A DNA stretch of 39,928 bases, taken from the NCBI GenBank assembly GCA_043804895.1, contig JAZDIN010000002.1, forward strand, positions 1-39,928, written 5' to 3'. Shown here in pieces: positions 25,561-35,393 of the stretch (position 1 is the stretch's first letter; every line of letters begins with the position of its first letter). The notes under the pieces are model-generated. The model was not told the origin of the DNA and made no database searches. It saw nothing but the letters and a program-made list of their open reading frames with translations. Both the position numbers and the translations under genes were made by a program. This DNA is from Candidatus Altiarchaeota archaeon. Its GTDB lineage: Archaea; Altiarchaeota; Altiarchaeia; IMC4; SCGC-AAA252-I15.

Positions 25561-27087
25561 ATGCATTGGAGTGGTGAGTATGTTGATAGGTTGAGGTTGC
25601 GTGGTGGGGAGCACGTAATTGAGACTGGGACGAGCATTTCCGGGATACCTCACTTAGGGAACGCTTCTGATGTGATACGCGGCGATTGTATAAGGAAGGC
25701 CTTGGTTGAGGTCGGCTTGAAGGCTGAATTGATATGGGTTTCTGATGATAGTGACCCGTTCAGGAAAGTTCCGGCTGGGATGGAGTCGTTGGAGAAATAT
25801 CTTGGGTTTCCTGTGAAGGACATCCCTGACCCGCACGGCTGCCACCGGAATTTTGTGGACTACTTCGCAGGCCCTTTCGTTGAGGATTTGACCAAATTCG
25901 GGGTCAAACCAACCGTGTACTCTGGCACGGACCTCTACAGAAGCGGAGCTTTACTTCCTGAAATAAAGGTTGCGTTCGAGAAGCGCACGGAGATTAGGGA
26001 CATACTCAACCAATTCCGTGAGGAGCCCCTCAAGGGCGATTACATACCTTGGACTCCAATCTGCGGGAAATGTGGTAAGATTTCAACGACAAAGCCCACG
26101 GCAGTGGATGGGCTTAAAGTCACTTATGAATGTTCTTCCTCTGAAGTCTCAGGAGGAGAAGTGGAAGGTTGCGGTTTTGTTGGAGTCAGCGACGCTTCGA
26201 ATGGGATGGGGAAGCTCCCCTGGCGCGTTGAATGGGCTGCCCGGTGGCATCATTTCAAAGTCACTTGTGAGCCGTTCGGGAAGGAGCATGCCGCAGCAGG
26301 AGGCAGTTACGACACCAGCAAATTAATCTCGGAGCGTGTCTTCGGTTGGGAGCCTCCGATGCCGGTGATATACGAGTTCTTAACACTCAACGGGGCGAAA
26401 ATCTCAAGCTCGAAGGGGAATGTCATCACACTCAAAGACTGGCTTCAAATCGCAGAGCCGGAAGTACTAAAATACTTCATGTACAAGAAGCTGAATAAGG
26501 CGAGGGATATTAATCTGAGCATGCTCCCTAACCTGGTGGATGAATACGATGAGGCTGAGAGACTCTACTACAAGAAGCAGGTAGGCGACCTCGGCCTTGC
26601 GAGGATGTATGAGCTGTCCCAGGTTGGTGCGCCAAAATACTTGAACGTTCCATTAACATTGTGCGCGGTCCTAAACCAGACTGCACAATCTAGCGAGCTT
26701 GATGGTAAGGCTAAGGTTATGGGATACGAAGGATTCGACTTAGAGCGCCTGAAGAAGAGAGTAACACTCGCAGGAGAATGGGTTCAAAAACACGGGCCAG
26801 AATACCTTAGGTTCAAGCTGCTGGGGGAAGAGGAGTCTAAGGCACAATACAACAAACTCGACGGCAAACAGAAGGAAGGCCTCCATCTGCTAGTGGCTGA
26901 AGTTGCTAAGAATCCAAGGCCTGAGGAACTCCATAAGAGAACCTATGAGACTGCAAGGAGTATCGGCCTTGAGCCGAACAGCCTATTCAACGCGATATAC
27001 CTAGTCCTCATAGGTAAGGAGAAGGGCCCGAAGGCCGCGTCGTTCATGCTCAGCCTAGGCACAGAATATCTGAAGACAAGATTCTAA
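25561..27087 (+). CDS. lysS: Class I lysyl-tRNA synthetase
   Basis: SGIPHLGN, RKVP, KLPWRVEWAARW, EPFGKEH, KISSSKGN and GPK motifs. Confidence 0.97.
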   Translation: MHWSGEYVDRLRLRGGEHVIETGTSISGIPHLGNASDVIRGDCIRKALVEVGLKAELIWVSDDSDPFRKVPAGMESLEKYLGFPVKDIPDPHGCHRNFVDYFAGPFVEDLTKFGVKPTVYSGTDLYRSGALLPEIKVAFEKRTEIRDILNQFREEPLKGDYIPWTPICGKCGKISTTKPTAVDGLKVTYECSSSEVSGGEVEGCGFVGVSDASNGMGKLPWRVEWAARWHHFKVTCEPFGKEHAAAGGSYDTSKLISERVFGWEPPMPVIYEFLTLNGAKISSSKGNVITLKDWLQIAEPEVLKYFMYKKLNKARDINLSMLPNLVDEYDEAERLYYKKQVGDLGLARMYELSQVGAPKYLNVPLTLCAVLNQTAQSSELDGKAKVMGYEGFDLERLKKRVTLAGEWVQKHGPEYLRFKLLGEEESKAQYNKLDGKQKEGLHLLVAEVAKNPRPEELHKRTYETARSIGLEPNSLFNAIYLVLIGKEKGPKAASFMLSLGTEYLKTRF

Positions 27088-27819
27088 TTATGCTGATTCT
27101 ATTCTCGGGGCCAGATAGTATACTACTCTGCCGTCGCCTATTGAATACTCAACCCTGAGGGGTGCGTCGGTCTTCAGGCTTATGCACACGACGCTCGGTA
27201 TCTCCGCTGCTTTGAGTATGTTGTTGAGGTATTCGAGCGAGAACACGGACTTGGATGGTGACTTCACGTTTATGCTCAGGAGTTTGTCCTCAGGGAACTC
27301 TATGTCAGCTGAGCCGGTGTCTCCGTCGCTTTTGATGCTTAAAACCTTCTCAAGCTTGATAGCAACGTGGTTTGATATCAGCTCCGCGTCCTTTAATGCC
27401 TCCTTTATCATGTTCGGGGTTATCTTAACCTCTGATGTGAAGTCGATTTTTGGCTCCTTAGGCGGTGTGGCGTTGGATTCGATTATGGATATCGTGAACT
27501 CCCTCCTCGTCTCGCCGCGGAAGACCATCTTCAGACGGGTGTCCACGCTCAAGTCTATCTTGTCCTCCGGCCTGGACCTCCTTGTTATCTTACTCAACTC
27601 GCCGAAGTCGACTCCCAACGTCAGAGGCTTGTCGCAGTGAAACCTCTCGAACGCCTTCGCAGGCAGCTCGAAGTCGACCAACGCTATCTGACTAGGGTCC
27701 ATAGCCCGAAGTTTAAGGCCTGACGAGTCTATCTGGAACGTGCCTTCGTCTATGAGGGCTGCAATAGCATCTATGCTATTACGCCAGGACTTAGTGTCAT
27801 TAATAGTCGCTTCAAACAT
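27088..27819 (-). CDS. pcn: DNA polymerase sliding clamp PCNA
   Basis: RAMDPSQIAL, FSLEYL and YYLAPRIE motifs. Confidence 0.97.
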   Translation of the reverse strand: MFEATINDTKSWRNSIDAIAALIDEGTFQIDSSGLKLRAMDPSQIALVDFELPAKAFERFHCDKPLTLGVDFGELSKITRRSRPEDKIDLSVDTRLKMVFRGETRREFTISIIESNATPPKEPKIDFTSEVKITPNMIKEALKDAELISNHVAIKLEKVLSIKSDGDTGSADIEFPEDKLLSINVKSPSKSVFSLEYLNNILKAAEIPSVVCISLKTDAPLRVEYSIGDGRVVYYLAPRIESA

Positions 27820-27879
27820 TCAACCACCCTAAAGTGAAAGTATGATATATTACAAACATGGCATTAAAAAGGCACTCCA

Positions 27880-29163
27880 TCACCTGGCTTTCCTGAATCC
27901 CCTACCCGGGTATTTGGCCTTCGAACCGAGTTCCTCCTCTATCCTCAGAAGCTGGTTGTATTTTGCGACCCTCTCGCTCCTTGCCGGTGCGCCAGTCTTA
28001 ATCTGGCCTGTGTCCAACCCGACTGCCATGTCAGCTATGAAGCTGTCCTCAGTCTCTCCTGAGCGGTGGCTTACTGTGACGCCCCATCCGCTCTTGAACG
28101 ACATGTTTGCAGAGTCTATGGATTCGCTCACCGAGCCTATCTGGTTGACCTTCAAAAGAAGCGCGTTCGCAGCCTTCATCTTGATTGCCTTCTCAACCCT
28201 CTCCACGTTCGTCACTAGCAGGTCGTCTCCAGTCAGCTGTATCCTACCTCCCAACTTCCTAACCAGCTCCTGCCAACCTCCCCAATCGTCCTCAGCCATT
28301 CCATCCTCTATTGACACTATCGGAAATGTGTCGCAAAGTCCGGCGTAGAAGTCAACCATCTCGGATGGAGAGTACTTCCTCTCCCCTATCATGTAGTATC
28401 CGCCGTCGCTGTAGTAGAACTCTGATGATGCTGGGTCGAGTGCAATCGACATCTTCCCCTCGTAACCCGCCTCCTTCGCGGCTGCCACCATAAGCTCAAG
28501 GCGCTCCTGCGGAGTCTCAATCGGGGGGACGAATCCACCCTCATCGCCCAACTGCACTGCGTGGACTCCGTACTTCCCTTTCAACATCTTCTTCAGCGTG
28601 TGATACGTCTCAGCGCCCATCCTCAACCCTTCAGCGAAGCTCCTGGCGCCTGTTGGCATGTACATGTTCTCTTGTATGTCGTTCTCCTTCCCTGCGTGTT
28701 TTCCACCGTTTATGACGTTCAACTGCGGCACAGGCAAGGTTACTCCCTTATGCCCTGAAAGCGATGCGATATACTTGTAAAGCGGCTTACCCTTAGAGTA
28801 AGCCGCGGCCTTACACGCTGCCATGCTAACCGCTAGTATCGCGTTAGCCCCTAACTTCCCCTTATTCTTCGTACCATCCAACTTAACCATCAGCTCATCC
28901 AGTCCCCACTGGTCTGATGCATCGAACCCGTTCACTTTCTTCGCAATAGTGTTGTTGACGTTCCCCACAGCCTTCAGCACTCCCTTACCCCCATACCTCC
29001 TTTTGTCGCCGTCGCGCAACTCAACAGCCTCATGGACTCCGGTGCTGGCACCGCTCGGGACCATAGCATTGAAAACCCCCTCAGACGTCCTCAAATCAAC
29101 CTCAACGGTCGGATTCCCCCTCGAATCCAAAACCTCCCTCGCATGAACAGCCTTAATCTTCAT
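27880..29163 (-). CDS. eno: Enolase
   Basis: [31 protein letters not shown] and SHRSGETED motifs. Confidence 0.98.
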   Translation of the reverse strand: MKIKAVHAREVLDSRGNPTVEVDLRTSEGVFNAMVPSGASTGVHEAVELRDGDKRRYGGKGVLKAVGNVNNTIAKKVNGFDASDQWGLDELMVKLDGTKNKGKLGANAILAVSMAACKAAAYSKGKPLYKYIASLSGHKGVTLPVPQLNVINGGKHAGKENDIQENMYMPTGARSFAEGLRMGAETYHTLKKMLKGKYGVHAVQLGDEGGFVPPIETPQERLELMVAAAKEAGYEGKMSIALDPASSEFYYSDGGYYMIGERKYSPSEMVDFYAGLCDTFPIVSIEDGMAEDDWGGWQELVRKLGGRIQLTGDDLLVTNVERVEKAIKMKAANALLLKVNQIGSVSESIDSANMSFKSGWGVTVSHRSGETEDSFIADMAVGLDTGQIKTGAPARSERVAKYNQLLRIEEELGSKAKYPGRGFRKAR

Positions 29164-29363
29164 AAAACCACCCAAACTATTGCGAATAACAGCTTTTAAG
29201 CACCCGCTTCGGTAATACTAAACGGCCCCCCATCGAGGGTTACCCTCAGGCAAGATTCGAAGACGTTTGTCGATCAATGAGCCGGGGAGTTAATGACGGG
29301 GGCTACAATCCTCTCCCTGAATTTGACCGTTGATTAATTAATCACGTGCGGGAATACTCTTAC

Positions 29364-30173
29364 ATGCAAGTTGCAGTATCGACATCCCACCGCATCCACC
29401 TCTCAGCAGAACAGGCAGTCTGCGAGTCCTACCCCCTCGGCTTCACAGACATACAGCTGGGGACCCCACATTATTCAGTGAACATTGAGGCGCTGAATAT
29501 CCTAAGGGAAAAACTCGGGCTTACGTACACCGTCCATGCTCCATTCCCAGCGGCCCGTGGCTTCATAGCCAACTCAGCTGCCAAAGATGAGGAGACTTTT
29601 TTAAAAAGCAAAGACATATTCCTAAAAAGTATAGACAATGCCAAGTCTATAGGTGCTGAGATAGTCGTCGTCCACTCAGCAGAGCCTGGACCAGACAACA
29701 ACTTGGAGTCAACACTCAAGATGATATCAAGCCTCGCTGACAGGGGCGAGGCCAATGGCCAAATAATCTGTGTAGAGAACAAGATGCCCAACTCCTCAGT
29801 CGGCTATTCCCCAAAGGATATGCAGGCGATACTTGAAGATGTCGGCTCTGAGAATGTCGGCATATGCTTCGATACCGGCCACGCGATAGCATCACTGGGG
29901 TCAGAGAGGAAAGCGCTCGAATTCATGTCATCCTTCGCAAAGTGGATACGCGATGTACATATCGTCCCCGGCACCTACGAGTGGGATGTGGCCACACCCC
30001 CCCAGATGGAGCCTCAATTTTACAGAGGCGTTGTAAAGATACTAGACCAAGCCGGATACTGCGGTAACCTCACTATAGAGACAGTCCCAGAAATATCTGA
30101 CTCGGAGATAATCAGGGGCGCACAATACCTGCGAGCCACCATTGCGGAATACTACGAAGGCCAGATACTTTAG
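29364..30173 (+). CDS. Sugar phosphate isomerase/epimerase-family (AP endonuclease 2 TIM barrel) protein
   Basis: VHAP, VVVH, VENK, CFDTGH, DVH and TIE metal-binding pattern. The ORF extends to a GTG at 29346. Confidence 0.85.
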   Translation: MQVAVSTSHRIHLSAEQAVCESYPLGFTDIQLGTPHYSVNIEALNILREKLGLTYTVHAPFPAARGFIANSAAKDEETFLKSKDIFLKSIDNAKSIGAEIVVVHSAEPGPDNNLESTLKMISSLADRGEANGQIICVENKMPNSSVGYSPKDMQAILEDVGSENVGICFDTGHAIASLGSERKALEFMSSFAKWIRDVHIVPGTYEWDVATPPQMEPQFYRGVVKILDQAGYCGNLTIETVPEISDSEIIRGAQYLRATIAEYYEGQIL

Positions 30174-30178
30174 GGTTA

Positions 30179-30868
30179 TCAAACCTGGAATTTGCATTCG
30201 CTCTTCTTCTCTACGCCGTCCACAGTTACTGTCCTGACAATCTTGCCTTTTCTTTCAGCTTGGAGTCTTGCCTCTCTCGCGTCCATCCCCGCTGGGATGA
30301 CGAGGTCCTCCACTATTATCCTGTGTTCGACCTTCGCCTTCTTTAAATCCTGTAAGTCAAAGAAGATTTCGCTCTTCAACTTGCCGAGCACGGAGGCATC
30401 CAACGCGCCTGAGCAGAATTTAACCTCCTTATCCCCTCCCGGTTTCGGAGGCTTCTTCTTACACTTGAACTTCACCTTACCTCCTGTCAGATTCAGCAAA
30501 ACAGTCGCGTGCGGGGTCTTCTCATATACCTCAACAAGGACGTCAGACTTTAACTCACCGCTCAAAGCAGCCACGAAGTAACCCTGTTTCTCCTTGCTCT
30601 TGTCATCGAAATCGACTCCCAGTCTCTCAAGTACTTCTCGGAAGTCAACCTTCGAGTAGATTCCACCTTCAGCCTTGAAGTCCCCGCCTGATGAGGCGGC
30701 CAACCACCCGAAGGTAGTGCAGTATTCGACGCTGCCAGTGAATTTGATATCCTTACCCACGCCAACCTCGCAGGCGGGGCCGGCGAAATCGCCGCGGCCG
30801 TACTTTGTGAAAAGCGCGTGTATCCAGTCCTCTGTTTTCCCTTCAAACAACTGTCTTATGTAGTGCAT
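30179..30868 (-). CDS. Conserved-looking archaeal hypothetical protein
   Basis: 229-aa ORF with normal composition; motifs H..F.KYGRG.F, PPKPG, FC and A.RKGKI.R. No function recognised. Confidence 0.75.
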   Translation of the reverse strand: MHYIRQLFEGKTEDWIHALFTKYGRGDFAGPACEVGVGKDIKFTGSVEYCTTFGWLAASSGGDFKAEGGIYSKVDFREVLERLGVDFDDKSKEKQGYFVAALSGELKSDVLVEVYEKTPHATVLLNLTGGKVKFKCKKKPPKPGGDKEVKFCSGALDASVLGKLKSEIFFDLQDLKKAKVEHRIIVEDLVIPAGMDAREARLQAERKGKIVRTVTVDGVEKKSECKFQV

Positions 30869-30909
30869 TTTAAATCAACTACCATATATTCAACATCGGA
30901 AAATAAAAA

Positions 30910-31410
30910 ATGGATTCTCTCCAGTTTCTCCTCACTCCATCGACGCCGATACAGACTCCAGCCCTAGTGTTCCTCCTTGGCAGTCTCACTGTCAGCTCGC
31001 TATCTGACTTGAAGAGGATGGCTGCGCAGGCGGACTTCGCGGAGGTATGGGCTGCGTTCACTGGGTTCATGTTCCTCTCTGACGTCTACTTCGGAGTCGC
31101 AGGCCAGTTACCTCTCATACCTTTCGTGGTGAAATGGGTGATGATACTCCTGTTCGCTGCCGCGACAACCCAGACCCACCTATTCGCGATAAGCACCATG
31201 GATGTCGCAGCCCTCACAGCACTTCTGGCCATCCTAAGCCCCGTTTACATACTCCTGGCGATGATACTGACGCTCATAGTCAACGAGCTTCTTCAGCCGA
31301 TTCTCAGAAAATACGGGGAAGCCGGAGCCTATCCGTTCCTGCCGACGGTGCTCGCAGTGAACCTGCTGGTACTTCTCCTGATAGAGGCCGGCGGAATAGA
31401 GATGCTATAA
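30910..31410 (+). CDS. Membrane protein resembling A24 prepilin/preflagellin peptidases
   Basis: SDLK at the end of TM1, a second Asp in STMD, and C-terminal YPFLP. Confidence 0.55.
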   Translation: MDSLQFLLTPSTPIQTPALVFLLGSLTVSSLSDLKRMAAQADFAEVWAAFTGFMFLSDVYFGVAGQLPLIPFVVKWVMILLFAAATTQTHLFAISTMDVAALTALLAILSPVYILLAMILTLIVNELLQPILRKYGEAGAYPFLPTVLAVNLLVLLLIEAGGIEML

Positions 31411-31411
31411 C

Positions 31412-31804
31412 ATGGCAAAATACATCCTGTTCGTCTGCACTGAGAATTCAGCGAGGAGTCAAATGGCTGAGGGATTCTTCAACCACTACAATAAAAATCC
31501 AGAATATATCGGGTTGAGTGCTGGACTGAAAGCAGCTGATTCGATAAAGCCTTATGCTGTGGATGTCCTGCGGGAGAAAGGTATAGACCTCTCCAAACAG
31601 AAGCCCAAGAACCTAACCTTAGACATGATTGACAACGCCTACCGCATCTACACGATGGGTTGCATTAAAAGCTGCCCTGCCGCGCCACCTGAGAAGACGT
31701 TCGACTGGAATCTGGAGGACCCCTCAGGCAAACCGAAAGAGGCGTTCAGGCAGGTAAGGGATGACATAGAGGAGAGAGTGAAGAAACTATTGACTGAGCT
31801 TTAA
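31412..31804 (+). CDS. arsC: Arsenate reductase ArsC / LMW-PTP family
   Basis: FVCTENSARSQMAE P-loop, TMGC...CP and W.LEDP motifs. Confidence 0.88.
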   Translation: MAKYILFVCTENSARSQMAEGFFNHYNKNPEYIGLSAGLKAADSIKPYAVDVLREKGIDLSKQKPKNLTLDMIDNAYRIYTMGCIKSCPAAPPEKTFDWNLEDPSGKPKEAFRQVRDDIEERVKKLLTEL

Positions 31805-31809
31805 CCACT

Positions 31810-32487
31810 CTAAATTATCATCCCGTCTTGTATCTTGATTGTGTGTTGTGATGTTTTTGCGATGTTTTGGTCGTGGGTCACCACTATCAGCGTCTTCCCC
31901 TCCTCCTTGTTGATCCTCCTGAGAAGCTCTATAATCTTTTTCCCAGTCTCCGAATCCAGGTTCCCTGTCGGCTCATCGGCGAGCATAATCTTTGGTCCGT
32001 TGGCGAGTGAGCGGGCTACTGCGACGCGCTGCTGTTGTCCGCCTGATAGTTCAGTAGGCTTGTTCCCTGCCTTGTCCTCGAGGCCTACGAGGTTGAGGAG
32101 TTCCTGCACTCGTTTCCTCCTTTCCGCGGATGGCGTTCCTTGGAATCTCATCGGCAGCTCAATGTTCTCGTATGATGTCATGTTCGGTATGAGGTTGAAC
32201 TGCTGGAAGATGAAGCCGAGTTTCTCCCGCCTCAACTTCGCCTTCTCGAAGCCGTTTAAGGCTGTTATGCCAGTCCCCTCAATGTAGACTTCGCCACTGG
32301 TCGGGGAATCCAGGCAGCTTATCAGATTCAGGAGCGTGGATTTTCCTGAACCTGACGGTCCCATGATGCTCACGAACGACCCCTCTTTGATAGTCAGGTT
32401 TATGCCATTCAAGGCGGTGAATTCATTCGGCTGCCCTATGTTGTATGTCTTCACCAGGTCCTTGCAGACTATCTCACCATCATTCAT
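31810..32487 (-). CDS. ABC transporter ATP-binding protein (LolD/MacB-like)
   Basis: GPSGSGKST, LSGGQQQR, LADEPTGNLD and VTHD motifs; the ATG at 32487 overlaps the permease end. Confidence 0.95.
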   Translation of the reverse strand: MNDGEIVCKDLVKTYNIGQPNEFTALNGINLTIKEGSFVSIMGPSGSGKSTLLNLISCLDSPTSGEVYIEGTGITALNGFEKAKLRREKLGFIFQQFNLIPNMTSYENIELPMRFQGTPSAERRKRVQELLNLVGLEDKAGNKPTELSGGQQQRVAVARSLANGPKIMLADEPTGNLDSETGKKIIELLRRINKEEGKTLIVVTHDQNIAKTSQHTIKIQDGMII

Positions 32488-33658
32488 AGCGCAGCACCTT
32501 AATCGGGTCAAGCTGTGAGGCGCTCCACGCCGGGTAGAGGCCTGCACCCATGCCAAGGAATATCGAAAACCCAAGGCCGATTGCTACAAGCTGTGGGGTC
32601 ATTACCGGCTGGAATGTCGTGTATTGTGTGATCAAGGTCATTGATGCGTAGCCTAAGCTCAGTCCTGCGACGCCCCCTATTAGGCTGAGTACCGCGCTCT
32701 CCTGCAGGACTTGGGTGAGTATCATCGTCGTCGTCGCACCTATCGCCTTCATGACGCCTATCTCCCTGCGGCGTTCCATGACAGACATTATCATAGTGTT
32801 CATCACGCCAAGCCCGCCAACTATGACCGAGACCGCGCCTATGCCGTAGACTGCGAGTTGGACTGTCCCCAACGTTGATTCTATCTGGCGCACCATGGTG
32901 ATTAGGGATGATGCCCTGATGTCTTCGACTTGGTCGTTTATCTTCCGAGTCATGTTTTCGACTATACTCACATCATACAGTTTCACCTTCAGGGAGGTTA
33001 TCCTGTCGTCGTCCTCTATCTCCTGCATTGTCTTCAACGGCACATATGCGGCGCCGTCTATGGTTGAGTCTCCAGTCTCCTCGAGTATGCCGATGACTTC
33101 GAAGTAGAAGCTCTCAGTCGACTGGTTGGTGGTCCTCTGGTACTCTATCTCCTCCCCGACGTTGAGGTTTTGGCTCTGAGCTGTCGTATACCCAAGCAGA
33201 ACCACTGCGCTGCCGTCGTCTGAGGCGTCGAGTTTACGGCCTTCAGTGGTGATTATGTCCTCACCTATGAGGTAATCCTGGTCGTCTGGATTCAATCCAG
33301 TGAACTGCAGGATACTGGATCCACCCCCACCCCGACCGAATAGGCCGCCTCCGAAGCCGCCGAATCCCCTGAAACCCCTTGTTATCCTGTATGAGCCGAC
33401 CGGCACTACACTTTCTATTTCAGGCCAGCCTGAGAGTTCGTCTATGACGTCCTGCGATATGCCCACATTGTTGTCTGACTCATCCCTCACGTCTATGACA
33501 GAGCCTACGTTTCCGAACTGCTGGGCAATCTGCTGGTTCAACCCCTCGCCTATGGAGCCGAGAGCCAGGATGAGGCCTATGCCCATTGCTATCCCCAATA
33601 TAGTCAAGGCACTTCTAGTCTTCTGTCTGAAGATGTTCTTCAGGGCGATGTCCAGCAT
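32480..33658 (-). CDS. ABC transporter permease (MacB/FtsX-like)
   Basis: RSALTILGI, NTMIMSVMERRREIGVMKAIGA and YPAW.AS.LDPI..LRYE motifs. Confidence 0.93.
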   Translation of the reverse strand: MLDIALKNIFRQKTRSALTILGIAMGIGLILALGSIGEGLNQQIAQQFGNVGSVIDVRDESDNNVGISQDVIDELSGWPEIESVVPVGSYRITRGFRGFGGFGGGLFGRGGGGSSILQFTGLNPDDQDYLIGEDIITTEGRKLDASDDGSAVVLLGYTTAQSQNLNVGEEIEYQRTTNQSTESFYFEVIGILEETGDSTIDGAAYVPLKTMQEIEDDDRITSLKVKLYDVSIVENMTRKINDQVEDIRASSLITMVRQIESTLGTVQLAVYGIGAVSVIVGGLGVMNTMIMSVMERRREIGVMKAIGATTTMILTQVLQESAVLSLIGGVAGLSLGYASMTLITQYTTFQPVMTPQLVAIGLGFSIFLGMGAGLYPAWSASQLDPIKVLRYE

Positions 33659-33659
33659 T

Positions 33660-35291
33660 TTACTTCTTCTTGCCCTTGTATCTCCTATAAGCAAGGTAGG
33701 CGACGACGATGAGGGCAGCCGCTACGGCATAGTATGTGTAGCTTGTTTGGCTTGCGCTCGAGGTCCTGCTACCCAAATCTGTTCCACTGCTGCCACTCAG
33801 TGTTATCCTCTCAGTCTGCGTCACCCTCTCGTTGTTGAGGCCGCTATATTCAATCTCCAATATAGCCTGTCCAGTGGCTGTTGTCGGGAAGGTGAAGGTC
33901 GTCTGCTTGGTTGATTTTATGTCAGACTTGTATGAGATTAGGCGTTGCACGTCGCCGCCTCCGAATCCCTCGGTTGCGTTGAACTGGCGCTGCGCGCCTC
34001 CGCCGAATCCTTGGCTGGCGTTTCCTCTGCCCATTCCGCTACGGTTCTGTGTAGAAGCTGAGTTGGGGATTATCAACGTAGCCTTTACGCCGTCAGCTGT
34101 CCTAGTCCCTATGTTGGCGACGTCTATCCTGACGCTCCCGCTGCTTGTTTGAACGCCCATCACCTCAAGGATCACCTTACCTGTTACATCAACCCCTATG
34201 CTCTTGTTGATGCTGTATGATGTGCCCCCCACCTTGTATGCTATGTTAAGCGGTATCGAGTATGCCTGTGTGGTGGCGTCCCAGCCGATAGCCAGCTTGA
34301 AGTCGACTGTAACCTCCTCTCCTGAGGCAATTTTAGGCAGGTATCTCTCACCACTACCCACTGGGGCGAACGGGGTCGAGAGGTCCAGGTTCAATGTCAC
34401 GTCATCAGCCTCTGCGCTGCCCACATTCTTCAATGCCAGCATAATGTCTGTCTGCTCACCAGGCCCGGTCGGGGCGTAGCTTACGTTAGTCACCTTTAAG
34501 TCGACGCCGGCATCTTCCACATTAATGCCAAGGGTTATGTTATCCGATGCCATGGTGCTTGATTCGTCAGAGTATGACAGGCGCAGTGAAACTATGCATG
34601 CACCCGATGAGGACGGTTTTATCTGATAAACTATCCTGAATGTTTGGTTTGAGTCGATGTCGCCAACGTATTTTTTGGATGAGCCGATGATTGTGGCGCA
34701 GCTTGAGGACAACGTTGCTTCAACATCCTTTACAGAGTCCTTTGACGTGCCTTCCACTGCAAACTCACCGATTGTGTCTTTGTAATATGTGGTTCCTGTC
34801 GGAGTTACCTCAAACAATGGATTACCCATTATCGTAAGTGGTATCTCCCAAGTGGTCAGCTGACCTGCATCGCCCATCCCATCAGATTTGTACCCATCAA
34901 AGTATATCTTAACCTGTATTGCAGTCAATCCGGTCTTAGCTTTAGAGTCGACTGAGAATATAATCGGTATGGTCTTTGAGTCCCCGGGGTCCATCCTGCC
35001 GATATAGAACCTCTTATCAGTCCGGACTGTTGCCGTCCCCTGCAGCCATAATTGGACGTTATCAGCCTTCCTACCTCCGGTGTTCTTTATGACCAGGTTT
35101 ATGATTCCGCTGTCCCCCGGCATCACGTTCGAGTCAAATGAGGTTGACGTGAAGTCCACAACCATGTTCGTCGCAGCCAAGTCAGAAGATGTGCTAGTTG
35201 CTGCGGTAGATGTTGCAGCGTCAACTGTGAGACCGATAAGGCATAATGCTGTCAATACTGTTAATGGCCCTACTCTCATGTTTTTCATCAT
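33660..35291 (-). CDS. COG1361 S-layer-like / CARDB-repeat surface protein
   Basis: Signal peptide, repeated PG...L..KN.G...A.NV beta-sandwich units and a C-terminal TM anchor; first gene of the ABC operon. Confidence 0.85.
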   Translation of the reverse strand: MMKNMRVGPLTVLTALCLIGLTVDAATSTAATSTSSDLAATNMVVDFTSTSFDSNVMPGDSGIINLVIKNTGGRKADNVQLWLQGTATVRTDKRFYIGRMDPGDSKTIPIIFSVDSKAKTGLTAIQVKIYFDGYKSDGMGDAGQLTTWEIPLTIMGNPLFEVTPTGTTYYKDTIGEFAVEGTSKDSVKDVEATLSSSCATIIGSSKKYVGDIDSNQTFRIVYQIKPSSSGACIVSLRLSYSDESSTMASDNITLGINVEDAGVDLKVTNVSYAPTGPGEQTDIMLALKNVGSAEADDVTLNLDLSTPFAPVGSGERYLPKIASGEEVTVDFKLAIGWDATTQAYSIPLNIAYKVGGTSYSINKSIGVDVTGKVILEVMGVQTSSGSVRIDVANIGTRTADGVKATLIIPNSASTQNRSGMGRGNASQGFGGGAQRQFNATEGFGGGDVQRLISYKSDIKSTKQTTFTFPTTATGQAILEIEYSGLNNERVTQTERITLSGSSGTDLGSRTSSASQTSYTYYAVAAALIVVAYLAYRRYKGKKK

Positions 35292-35393
35292 TTTATCAAC
35301 TCCTATTTATTAACTCAAGATGCCAGAGTATATGCGCTGAAACAGTATAAAAGCCTTTACTGAAACAAGATGAAACATGTAACAATCTGAAAC

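Noticed and set aside
29180-29345. Fluoride riboswitch upstream of eno, or 5S rRNA
   Set aside because: The TAATGAC...CTAC resemblance is on the wrong strand for eno and the 5' consensus is missing; no 5S conserved loops were found.
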